Positions 16,900 to 25,013 are shown, counted from the first letter of the stretch. The stretch: DNA of 27,879 bases from a virus (IMGVR_UViG_2648501730_000022:1-27879); one strand, 5' to 3'. The notes: generated by a model not told the origin, from the sequence alone. A program made the numbers and translations.

Positions 16900-17394
16900 T
16901 TATCGCGTAAGACGTAATTTGATATTTTTAATCGGACTAATTCCCTGTTTACGTCGTTCGGCTTGAATTAATTTAGATAACTGACGTTCATAATCAGTCT
17001 TTAATTGCTGGAGAACAGCCAATGACTCATAGGCGAAAGTATTCCCTTTCACTGTCATTTGAGATAATGCGGCTTCGTCCCCAGATAAACGGGCGAAAAT
17101 AACTTGCTCGATTAAGGCGATAGTTTCCCGCAGATATTCTTTTTTGGATTGTTTGGCGAATACTGGCAAAACAGTTAATTCCTGCATTGATACCAGTTCT
17201 TCTTCCAAAGTTATTACGATGGTATATTTACCTTCGGCAAAATCTAAGGTTTTAATCTCATGATTAGCCGGAGAATCATCAACCTGATAGATAATACCTT
17301 TATTATTTCCTACCTGAATTGTTACACCCTCTTCATTCGCCAGCGTGACTTTTTCGCCTTTACGAATTACTAAGGGAATTAGTTCTAAACTCAT
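16900..17394 (-). CDS. Head-tail joining protein with gpW-like C-terminal half (164 aa)
   Basis: C-terminal ~70 aa follow the lambda gpW pattern (recalled, not aligned); sits between large terminase and portal as in lambda A-W-B. Confidence 0.45.
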   Translation of the reverse strand: MSLELIPLVIRKGEKVTLANEEGVTIQVGNNKGIIYQVDDSPANHEIKTLDFAEGKYTIVITLEEELVSMQELTVLPVFAKQSKKEYLRETIALIEQVIFARLSGDEAALSQMTVKGNTFAYESLAVLQQLKTDYERQLSKLIQAERRKQGISPIKNIKLRLTR

Positions 17395-17442
17395 AATTAC
17401 CCCTTATTTAATTGTTATTGGATTAACAATATTTAGGAGTAA

Positions 17443-17461
17443 GCCGCCCCGAAGGACGGCG
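17443..17461 (-). other. Hairpin with UUCG tetraloop downstream of the large terminase stop
   Basis: Minus-strand RNA CGCCGUCC-UUCG-GGGCGGC (one G-U pair); no U-run, so more likely a stabiliser or pause site than a terminator. Confidence 0.4.
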
Positions 17462-17466
17462 AGTTA

Positions 17467-19371
17467 TTAGAACGATGTTACCCAGCTACGGCCTCTATTT
17501 GGGCGTCTGGCGATGTTTTTACGTTGTGGTCGTGTGATTGGCTTATTTTCTTCGATTTGCTCGTCAGATTGCGATTTAGGAGCTTCTACGGGTTCTTCTG
17601 GTTCGCGGTTCAAACTATCTTTGATGGCTTCGAGTTTTTCCCATGACATTTTATTGAGTACATGGCGAGAAGCAGCATAGGAATAAGCCAGGCAGTCGAG
17701 AGCCTCGTTTCGTTGCTGACCAACTTTTACCCAACGTGTGGTATTACCCTGCCGTTTCAACTGTTCAGATAACAATTGTTCGCAGTAGTCATCAGGAACG
17801 TCACCAATCTGGAAGACCGTATGAGGATCGCTGTCTCTCAAGTTCCGGTTAATCATTTCACGGATCATCGTCTTAAGGTTGTTTACGCCCAGAATTTTAA
17901 GAGTAAAACCACCCGTTCTTGTGTCCTTGACCGGAAGGATTGGAGCATCAACATTGCTTGCCCCTTTAATGGCGCATAGGTTTTGCCACCTAGTGCAGAA
18001 GCGATAGATCACGTTTGTAGCTCGTCCGTTCGATGAGTCCACGAAAGCAGATAGCATCGGGATTCGTTGACCTGATCGGGTATAGAATTTAGCTTTCAGG
18101 AAGTTGTAAAGCTGGTCATATGCTGGCGATTCGTGGCGTTCGCAGTTCACATCATAGAATGATCGGTGATCAACTACGCATATCCCCTTACGAGAGATAC
18201 CCAGCAAGGTAGATTCCAGACGGTCTTTTTGCTGGTCAACTCCACCTACCAGAGCCAGAACATCATCAGGAATATTATCTAAGCTAATGTCAGTTTTCAG
18301 CGTTTCCAGTTCGTCGGCTGTGCGGTCTTCGTTAAGATCATCGAAGGTTTCACCGAGCACCACATTATAGAACGTTGCCAGTGACATATTCGCGTAGCTA
18401 TCAGCAAAGTCCACCACACACGCACGGATAGAACTAAACGGAGACATAAGGCGGTTAGCATGAAAACCGATTACTTCCGCATTTGGTTCGGTGGCGACCC
18501 ATTCTCCCTGAGCAACAGCACGGAGGCGATCTGGTTCTGACCAATCAGTTTCACATGACGGGCAACGGTAAACGGCTGTGTCTGGATTCGGCAGTGATTT
18601 ACCATTGATTACATGCCAATCAAAGAATACTCTACTCCATTCCATTACGTGTTTGTGTCCGCAATGCTGGCAAACGACGTGGTATTTTCTTTTATCCGAG
18701 AGTTCCCATTGTTGGTTTATCGCCCCATCCCGCGAAGTTGGAGTAGAAGCAATTACGATCCTTGCATCATCACCGAAAGTGGTTGCGCGTTGTTCCGCTA
18801 GCTGGATCGGGTTCCCTTCGTCTGACTCATCAGCCGCATCAACTTCATCCAGAATAATCAAAGGCAGTGTCTTACCGCGCAAGTGTGATGGACTGTTCAG
18901 CGACATGAAATACATGAATGATCCGTTACGAAGCTGAATAATCGATGAGTTGTTAACGGCATTGCGATCTGATTTGTCGGTGATCATCGCCTTTAATTCT
19001 GGGGTTGCCTCTAATACTGGCTTCACCTTACCCGCAATCCATGAGTTCAATTCTCGAACGTTCGCTTGCAAAACACCGATATTAGTAGGGTTACTGGCGA
19101 TCCTGTGAAAGATAATACCGTTTAGCACAAGAGTTTTACCCAACTGTGCCGAGCACTTTAGCACAATTTTTCGCCTATCTTCGGTGATCGCGTCCATCAT
19201 TCCACGTTGGAAGGGATGCAACTTAATTAGAGATCCGGCTTTAACACCATCGGTTGCAACTACATTAGCCTCTACCCATTCGCTAGGTTTCATCGTTTTA
19301 GGTGGGCGAATTGCCGCAGAGATATTTTTAAGAATCTTTTTTAATTTGGCCTTATTAGAAATCAGTTTCAT
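17467..19371 (-). CDS. Terminase large subunit, lambda GpA-like (634 aa)
   Basis: Walker A motif (KCSAQLGKT) near the N-terminus; Cys-rich segment (CQHCGHKH...CPSCETDW); size and position match lambda gpA (641 aa). Confidence 0.9.
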   Translation of the reverse strand: MKLISNKAKLKKILKNISAAIRPPKTMKPSEWVEANVVATDGVKAGSLIKLHPFQRGMMDAITEDRRKIVLKCSAQLGKTLVLNGIIFHRIASNPTNIGVLQANVRELNSWIAGKVKPVLEATPELKAMITDKSDRNAVNNSSIIQLRNGSFMYFMSLNSPSHLRGKTLPLIILDEVDAADESDEGNPIQLAEQRATTFGDDARIVIASTPTSRDGAINQQWELSDKRKYHVVCQHCGHKHVMEWSRVFFDWHVINGKSLPNPDTAVYRCPSCETDWSEPDRLRAVAQGEWVATEPNAEVIGFHANRLMSPFSSIRACVVDFADSYANMSLATFYNVVLGETFDDLNEDRTADELETLKTDISLDNIPDDVLALVGGVDQQKDRLESTLLGISRKGICVVDHRSFYDVNCERHESPAYDQLYNFLKAKFYTRSGQRIPMLSAFVDSSNGRATNVIYRFCTRWQNLCAIKGASNVDAPILPVKDTRTGGFTLKILGVNNLKTMIREMINRNLRDSDPHTVFQIGDVPDDYCEQLLSEQLKRQGNTTRWVKVGQQRNEALDCLAYSYAASRHVLNKMSWEKLEAIKDSLNREPEEPVEAPKSQSDEQIEENKPITRPQRKNIARRPNRGRSWVTSF

Positions 19372-19458
19372 GTAATTACCCTCATTACGAAATATGAAGG
19401 TATTTATTAAATTGTTGATATTTTGATAAATACGGGTATTAAGATTTAAGGGGGGTGT

Positions 19459-20064
19459 ATGCTAATTAATCAGCAAGAAAGAGATGAATTAGAATTAGCC
19501 TTGTCTTGTTGTACCGATCATGAATATCGTTTGCCAGTTAAGCACCATCACAAGAAGACTGATTACACTACATCCGGTTTTAGTCGCGAAGAAGCGAAGC
19601 AAATTTTAATCGAGTTGTATCGCGATCATGGGTATACAGATATCCATAACTTCTTTAAGAAGCACCGAACATCACAGACAGAGTTTCAGCGAGTCCGTGA
19701 ATGGTTTGATTTTGATATCAAGCGTTATTATCGAGTGGATGACGGTCCAATCTATCGGTTGCAGTGGAAGCCGATCAGGGAAGTGCTTAAACAGAAGAGA
19801 TTGAATCATGCCATTACACGCTATCGTAACGTGGCTTTCAAGAAAGGCTATGGTGATACAAGGGAATTGTTTGTAGAACTCGCTAACGTGCGATATAGCC
19901 ATTATTACAGGAATCCTAAAGAGTTCTTCGAAGTGCTGCGCAAGGTTGATATAAGTCGGGGTACATACTATTCACGGTTGAAGAAGTACGGGATTAAGGC
20001 AGAGTTTTTTATGTCAGTTGACGATGGAGAACTTTTTCCGATAAAATGTAAGTCCTCTAAATAA
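19459..20064 (+). CDS. Hypothetical basic protein with C-terminal HTH-like motif (201 aa)
   Basis: GGGGGG Shine-Dalgarno before the ATG; divergent from the terminase gene across an 87-bp gap; C-terminal SRGTYYSRLKKYGI resembles the 59-aa protein at 23335-23514. Confidence 0.5.
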   Translation: MLINQQERDELELALSCCTDHEYRLPVKHHHKKTDYTTSGFSREEAKQILIELYRDHGYTDIHNFFKKHRTSQTEFQRVREWFDFDIKRYYRVDDGPIYRLQWKPIREVLKQKRLNHAITRYRNVAFKKGYGDTRELFVELANVRYSHYYRNPKEFFEVLRKVDISRGTYYSRLKKYGIKAEFFMSVDDGELFPIKCKSSK

Positions 20065-20098
20065 AGGTGAACATTCACTTTAATTTGGAGAAATGACT

Positions 20099-20323
20099 AT
20101 GACTACTAAAGCTACTCGCGGTCGTCCTGCCCGTTTTAATCGTGAACAACTGGCAGAGATTGTAAAAGCGTACTATCAAGCACCGAAAGGTAAAGAGAAC
20201 AAAGAACGGGTATTAAATGAGCATGGCTTATCTATAGCCCAGCTATACAAATCCCTACATAAAGTTGATTTGAAATTCTTTGTTCAGGTTGACGGTGAAA
20301 TGGTAGAAGCAACAGGAAATTGA
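20099..20323 (+). CDS. Small DNA-binding protein with RGRP (AT-hook-like) N-terminus and HTH, 74 aa
   Basis: Start moved to the second ATG (20099), which has a GGAG Shine-Dalgarno ~8 nt upstream. Paralog of the 23335-23514 product (shared RP.(R/K)F.RE..(A/V)(E/D)I.K). Confidence 0.5.
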   Translation: MTTKATRGRPARFNREQLAEIVKAYYQAPKGKENKERVLNEHGLSIAQLYKSLHKVDLKFFVQVDGEMVEATGN

Positions 20324-20331
20324 TTCTCTAG

Positions 20332-20358
20332 GCCAATCCTTCGGGGTTGGCTTTTTTT
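20332..20358 (+). terminator. Rho-independent terminator with UUCG tetraloop
   Basis: GCCAAUCC-UUCG-GGGUUGGC followed by U7, 9 nt after the TGA stop. Confidence 0.75.
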
Positions 20359-20372
20359 ATACCTACAGATAC

Positions 20373-20397
20373 AAAAAAGCCCCTGAAATTCAGGGGC
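20373..20397 (-). terminator. Rho-independent terminator of the Rha operon
   Basis: Minus-strand stem GCCCCUGA / UCAGGGGC followed by U6 (plus-strand A-run 20373-20378), just below the Rha stop. Confidence 0.7.
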
Positions 20398-20405
20398 AAA
20401 AATTA

Positions 20406-21203
20406 TTACAGTCCGAAGTGTTCTAGCGATCCAACATTCTGACGAATCATGATAGTCGCTTTATTCTGAATCATGATCGTGTTATTCGGTTTAGGCAGTG
20501 TCAAAGCTGCTTTTTGTTCTTCTTCAAGAACACCCAATTCAACCAGCACCGGAAGCACATCAACAGTGAAAGAAAGTTGATAGTGAGCGTTCATGCTGCA
20601 AAACGGTATCGCGGAATCATTAGCAACATACCCACACGGCTTGTTATTTTCATCATAGACGCGCTCAATGTATCCGGCAGTACGTAAGGCCGTCAGTGCT
20701 TCTTTAACCTTCGTAGCGCCCTTTTTAGCACCTAACAGACGCGTCATTGAATGGCTATCTACGGATTTGCGATGATGTAGAGTAATCAGTTGCTTGTTCT
20801 CGCGAGTTTTCTTTAACGCCAGTTCGATCCAGTCGGTTTCTTCAAAGTCTGCATACGGGTTAACGGCTAAACGTTCCTGACGCAGTTTTTCATTTTCTTC
20901 TTTCAGTCGTTTCCATTCCTGAATAACAATCATTCGACGTTTAACATCGTAACCAGTAACAAGAGTCAGCGTCATTTCTTCGTCAAGGTGATATTCGGTT
21001 TGTTCGCGTCCATATTGGTCAAAATAGATACGCTGAGATTTCAGCGCATCTAATTCAAGTGCTTTAAACATCTTAACAATATCAGCTTTAACGTTTTTGT
21101 GTTCTTTTCCGGTAAATTCAGCGATCTGACGAGAAGACATGGTCAGTGGTTTGGTGTTATCAACAACCAGAGACACGGAAGCAGTTTTAACAGCAGTATT
21201 CAT
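20406..21203 (-). CDS. Phage regulatory protein Rha family (antirepressor-like), 265 aa
   Basis: N-terminal LTMSSRQIAEFTGKEHKNVKADI matches the Rha-domain signature; AAGGGGGA Shine-Dalgarno before the ATG. Confidence 0.75.
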   Translation of the reverse strand: MNTAVKTASVSLVVDNTKPLTMSSRQIAEFTGKEHKNVKADIVKMFKALELDALKSQRIYFDQYGREQTEYHLDEEMTLTLVTGYDVKRRMIVIQEWKRLKEENEKLRQERLAVNPYADFEETDWIELALKKTRENKQLITLHHRKSVDSHSMTRLLGAKKGATKVKEALTALRTAGYIERVYDENNKPCGYVANDSAIPFCSMNAHYQLSFTVDVLPVLVELGVLEEEQKAALTLPKPNNTIMIQNKATIMIRQNVGSLEHFGL

Positions 21204-21287
21204 AGTAAAAATCCCCCTTAACGGTTTAGTGATTTAATCCTCCCTGTTCCGGCATCACCACCGGAACAATTTTATTTATAAGAAGTT

Positions 21288-21440
21288 TTATCTCGTTTTG
21301 TATTCAGCCAGGCAGCGATCAATTTCTTCTTGAATCTGGCGCTGGCGTTCGTGGTAATCAACCATCGAGAAATTCAGGTTTGGTGTCCACGGCTTGCGGT
21401 TCGGGTTTTTACGTCCATCAATTTTCTTAGTAGTATTCAT
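21288..21440 (-). CDS. Small basic protein (50 aa); not in the ORF track
   Basis: ATG (rc of 21438-21440) with AGAGGA Shine-Dalgarno ~9 nt upstream; translation MNTTKKIDGRKNPNRKPWTPNLNFSMVDYHERQRQIQEEIDRCLAEYKTR; TAA at 21288-21290. Confidence 0.35.
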   Translation of the reverse strand: MNTTKKIDGRKNPNRKPWTPNLNFSMVDYHERQRQIQEEIDRCLAEYKTR

Positions 21441-21562
21441 AGTTCACATCCTCTTTACAAACCTAGGTCAAATCAGTTCAAAGTTGTCAAGTGCGATAAT
21501 CATAAAAAAGTCTGAAAATTTTGCCAATACCCCTTGACAAGATGCCAAAGGGTTGACCTAAC

Positions 21563-22030
21563 TTACAGCATATCTAAGCCTTCATCGTAACCGTAGAAGC
21601 CACCGTGAGAAGAAAAAGCGATTGGTGCGTAGTCATCATCATCTTCGTCTTCTTCATCGCGTTCTGGTGCTTTCTGAGCGGTTTCTTTGCCGTAGTTAAA
21701 CATTGCTTCATCCAGTTCTTGAAGAGTAAAGAAGCTACCCAGATCAACATCACCGGAACGGACTTCGAAAGGAAGGTATTCGCTAACGATGATCGCTGGA
21801 ATATTCTGGTACTTTAAGCGGCCTTCATCGGTGAAGACGTTAACAACAATGGTCGGCTTCTTATTACGGCAAAACGCATACCATACACTAGAGAAATGAG
21901 ATTCATCAGAGTTGAAAAGAATGTTGTAACCACGTTCAACAAAGATCTTCATTAACTTGTCATTGTGGAAGCTATCAGCATCAAAACCTAACAGGATGAA
22001 AGGAGTAGTGGTAGTCATTTTATGGTTCAT
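21563..22030 (-). CDS. Hypothetical protein with strongly acidic C-terminal tail (155 aa)
   Basis: AGAGGA Shine-Dalgarno before the ATG; C-terminal ERDEEDEDDDDYAPIAF...; first gene leftward from the long intergenic region. Confidence 0.5.
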   Translation of the reverse strand: MNHKMTTTTPFILLGFDADSFHNDKLMKIFVERGYNILFNSDESHFSSVWYAFCRNKKPTIVVNVFTDEGRLKYQNIPAIIVSEYLPFEVRSGDVDLGSFFTLQELDEAMFNYGKETAQKAPERDEEDEDDDDYAPIAFSSHGGFYGYDEGLDML

Positions 22031-22645
22031 AGTGGAAATCCTCTAAAAGAAAGCGAATCAATCTAATATTATTTATAAAGAGAAAATTCTTGTTATTATG
22101 AAAAGAGTGATCTGGTAGAGTCCAAAACTGGTCTGTACTTGAAAGATGATTGGATTCAGTCGGGCTAAAGCCCCCCTTCATAGATTTGATTAAATCATCA
22201 TCAAAACGAAGAAGTATCTTTAGAATATAAGAATCTTTCTTTTGAAGAAATAATAATCAGGAAGCAATTTAGCAACCGAAGGTTGCAATCCCGAAGGGAT
22301 ACCAATACCTTTCTAGAAATTGATTGTTACTCACTTCGTTCGTTTACTAGAATCAGTTAGTAACTAGTATTAAATCCCTTTCTAAGAAAATCCTTTTAAA
22401 AGTGAGTGAACGCCGTAGGCGTGAACGTGAGCGAAGCGAACTATCAATCCCTTTCGAATCCTGCTTGCAGGTCTTAGAAGGTGTTGGTGGGCGCTACGCG
22501 CACGGCTACGCCGTATTCTTTTTGCGAGATCTTTCTTGAACGTAGTGAGAGAAAGCGAGCAAAAAGGAGAACGTTAGTTCGAATTTTATATTCTATGGTC
22601 TGTGGGGTATAATACCTTTCAAGGTCATACACTTACGTGATTGAA

Positions 22646-22764
22646 GTGTAGGGTTAGTGTAGGTGTGTAGGTTTCATAGTGTAGGTTTGAGGGTGTTATA
22701 GTGTAGGTTTACTGGCTAGTGTAGTGTAGGCCAATCCCTTTAAAGGGTAGGTGTGTAGTGTAGG
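22646..22764. repeat. Iteron-like direct-repeat array, 7 copies of GTGTAGG (mostly GTGTAGGTTT)
   Basis: Copies begin at 22646, 22657, 22665, 22679, 22701, 22724 and 22758, same orientation, irregular spacing; the 12-bp palindrome CCCTTTAAAGGG (22735-22746) sits inside the array. Confidence 0.7.
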
Positions 22765-22961
22765 TTTTCAATCAAAAATTTTGACAAAAAATTCTTGTAT
22801 ATTATTCAACCAAAAAACCACCAAAAATAGATGTAAATTCATGATTTAAAAGAAATTTTCAAAAGATCTCCGTGCCATATAAGGTTTAAAAGGTTGATAA
22901 TCATTATTTGCCATTTTCAAACAAAAATTTTGATACACCTTTCTCGCTTAGATCATGAATG

Positions 22962-22990
22962 TTGACATGTGTCAAGAACTATTTTATACT
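22962..22990 (+). promoter_or_regulatory. Near-consensus sigma70-type promoter with operator-like palindrome over the -35
   Basis: TTGACA (22962-22967), 17-nt spacer, TATACT (22985-22990); TTGACAtgTGTCAA is a 14-bp palindrome. Confidence 0.5.
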
Positions 22991-23128
22991 TTTTATCCTT
23001 GGTAGGGGTTGAAATTTTCCAAACAATCCCCATATAGATGATAAGCATGATTTTTCGTGTATAAATACAATGCATGAAAAATGATTGTTCACTTCTGAAA
23101 ATCCCTTGACTAACTGTTAATTCATACA

Positions 23129-23155
23129 GCACTGGTTAGATATGCAGTGCTTTTT
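23129..23155 (+). terminator. Intrinsic terminator ~140 nt downstream of the promoter
   Basis: GCACUG-(10-nt loop)-CAGUGC followed by U5. Confidence 0.5.
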
Positions 23156-23334
23156 CGGTCGAATATTGTACGAATTGATTAATTATTAATCTTCTCTTTA
23201 GCAATTCGTGCTCCCACTGATCGGATATACAGTTGTTTTACAGAGTTTTTGAAAATCATTTTTATAAATAGAATTGTTCAGAGCGAAAAGCTCTTTTTTA
23301 AGGAATTATTAATCCACATGTGAGGAATCGATTT

Positions 23335-23514
23335 ATGGCTAGACCTGTTAAATTTACTCGTGAAATGATTGTTGATATTGCTAAACGGTTTTACAGCGAC
23401 ACTGAGCGAGGCGGGGAAAACTTCTTTAAGAAGGAAGGGATTGATAGAAGCGGATTCTATAAGCTAATGAAGAAATACGAAATTCAGGTAAAGATTAACG
23501 TTCAAGTTTGTTAA
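23335..23514 (+). CDS. Small HTH protein, paralog of the 20099-20323 product (59 aa)
   Basis: ATG at 23335 has a GAGGAA Shine-Dalgarno 7 nt upstream (the track start is a GTG with none); MARPVKFTREMIVDIAKRFY... aligns with the other paralog. Confidence 0.5.
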   Translation: MARPVKFTREMIVDIAKRFYSDTERGGENFFKKEGIDRSGFYKLMKKYEIQVKINVQVC

Positions 23515-23630
23515 TCCACTTTCACTGAGAATTATATGATGGCTTTAAAAATAAAAAGCCTCCCTTGTTGCAGCAAAGGAGACTTGAAATGAACAATTAA
23601 AACTAACACAGCATTCAGGAGTATTTATAA

Positions 23631-24656
23631 ATGAAAAATTCTAAGCGCATCACCTTCAACCTATTCATCAAATCCAACGGCAAACTGAACATTACCGTTA
23701 TGGAAGGTAAAGCAAGCAAACAAGACAAATCCTTTGAAGTAGTATCCGGTAAGACTCTGACCGAAATGCGTCAGAATGCTGGCATCAAAGACGGTGCTGA
23801 ATGGCAGATCACTAACCGTTTCGACAAACGTCACGTTAAACCTACACTGGTAGAAGGTGAATCCGTTTATTGCTTCGCTCGTGCTGTTAAAGCCGATGAA
23901 ACTTACTATCTCGCTGTTATTAAAACTGCTTCCGGCTTCCGTGCTGTAATGCATCACAAGAGCAAGCGTAACGAATACGGCGTAGAGACCCAGGAAGTTG
24001 CAAAACGCTTCCGTACTGTTGCTACTGAATCCACTGTAAAGGATGTTTCTGGTACTGTTAACACCGCTAAAGGCGGTTCCTTCTACAACCACGCATTACA
24101 GGTTACTTCCTCCTTCTTCTGCAAAAAAGAAGCACAGAAAGAAGTTGCTCCGGTAGTAGTTGAAGAAGTTAAAGAAGAAGTTGCAGTGGTTGAATCTTCC
24201 GAAGTTGAAGCACTGAAAGCACGCATTGCTGAACTGGAAGCTGAAAACGCATCTCTGAAAGCTGAACTGGCAGCGCAGGAAACCACTTTCGAAGTAGCAG
24301 CGGTTGAAGTTGAAGCAGTTGAAGAAAAATCCATTGATGAAGAACTGGAAGAACTCCTTAACTATCGCTGGGGTAACGGTGAAAAAGTAGGACAGGAAGA
24401 ACAGAAAGAAGCTGATCCGGTAGTAGTTCCGGTTGAAGAAAAATCCGCACCTGTTACTAACTTTGAATCCCTGCGCAATAACTTTATGGCTAAATTCAAA
24501 ACCACTTGGGAAGATACCGAAGAAGAACAAGAAGAGATTGAAGTAAACGAAGACGAGATCCGCGAAGCACAGATGGCACTGCATGACGCTATCTATGACA
24601 CCAACTACAGCGCCTACGCCTACGCCTACGCCTACGCCTACGCCTACGCAGCTTAA
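23631..24656 (+). CDS. Strongly codon-optimised acidic protein with (AY)6-AA C-terminus (341 aa), function unknown
   Basis: AGGAG Shine-Dalgarno 9 nt before the ATG; codon use is almost exclusively CTG/CGT/GGT/AAA/GAA/ACC/TTC, unlike neighbouring genes; central Glu/Val-rich coiled coil; ends ...SAYAYAYAYAYAYAA. Confidence 0.7.
   Translation: MKNSKRITFNLFIKSNGKLNITVMEGKASKQDKSFEVVSGKTLTEMRQNAGIKDGAEWQITNRFDKRHVKPTLVEGESVYCFARAVKADETYYLAVIKTASGFRAVMHHKSKRNEYGVETQEVAKRFRTVATESTVKDVSGTVNTAKGGSFYNHALQVTSSFFCKKEAQKEVAPVVVEEVKEEVAVVESSEVEALKARIAELEAENASLKAELAAQETTFEVAAVEVEAVEEKSIDEELEELLNYRWGNGEKVGQEEQKEADPVVVPVEEKSAPVTNFESLRNNFMAKFKTTWEDTEEEQEEIEVNEDEIREAQMALHDAIYDTNYSAYAYAYAYAYAYAA
24612..24647 (+). 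repeat. Hexanucleotide microsatellite (GCCTAC)x6 encoding the (AY)6 tail
   Basis: Six perfect tandem GCCTAC units in frame at the 3' end of the 341-aa gene. Confidence 0.9.
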
Positions 24657-24671
24657 TAGAGAGGTAATTCT

Positions 24672-24914
24672 ATGATTAATCAAAACAAAGAATTTCTTGG
24701 TAATCTGATGTTAGAAATTACCAAAATGAAAGAAAGAATGGTAGCGATGGAATCAGAGATTAAAACTCTTAAAGCTGATAATAAGGCGTTGAGAAAGTCC
24801 TTAAAACTGATTGATGAGACTAATGCGGTTATGATGGATCAGGTGTTTCCTGAGTGGCGAAATGAAACTAAACCTACACAACATAAGAAACCTACACTTC
24901 GAATTGTTGCATAA
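24672..24914 (+). CDS. Small coiled-coil protein (80 aa)
   Basis: AGAGG Shine-Dalgarno before the ATG; starts 16 nt after the upstream stop; helical K/E-rich sequence. Confidence 0.5.
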   Translation: MINQNKEFLGNLMLEITKMKERMVAMESEIKTLKADNKALRKSLKLIDETNAVMMDQVFPEWRNETKPTQHKKPTLRIVA

Positions 24915-24936
24915 AAAAGGGACTCCGAAGAGTCCC
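24913..24936 (-). terminator. Hairpin terminator with UUCG tetraloop (minus-strand U-run; may also stop the plus-strand operon)
   Basis: Minus-strand RNA GGGACUC-UUCG-GAGUCCC followed by U6. Confidence 0.6.
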
Positions 24937-25013
24937 TAGTAAGTTTAGGTTAGGTTTGCACAACAAAGATGAGGTTATAATGAACATAATGCTACATTAT
25001 TCTTTAAAGCCAG

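Noticed and set aside
22440-22470. tRNA-like T-loop motif (TTCGAATCC)
   Set aside because: The flanking sequence cannot form a 5-bp T-stem or an acceptor stem; no cloverleaf could be built by eye. A tRNAscan run would settle it.
22646-22764. Possible CRISPR array
   Set aside because: Repeat unit is only 7-10 nt with irregular 1-27-nt spacing and no cas genes; this fits iterons or binding sites, not CRISPR.
23106-23111. TTGACT as a second -35 element
   Set aside because: No acceptable -10 hexamer at 16-18 nt spacing; the downstream sequence is the terminator stem.
24096-24683. 195-aa minus-strand ORF, and the 83-aa ORF at 24083-24334
   Set aside because: Antisense to the codon-optimised 341-aa gene; the poly-Gly/Val translation comes from reading the GCCTAC repeat backwards. 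Not credible.
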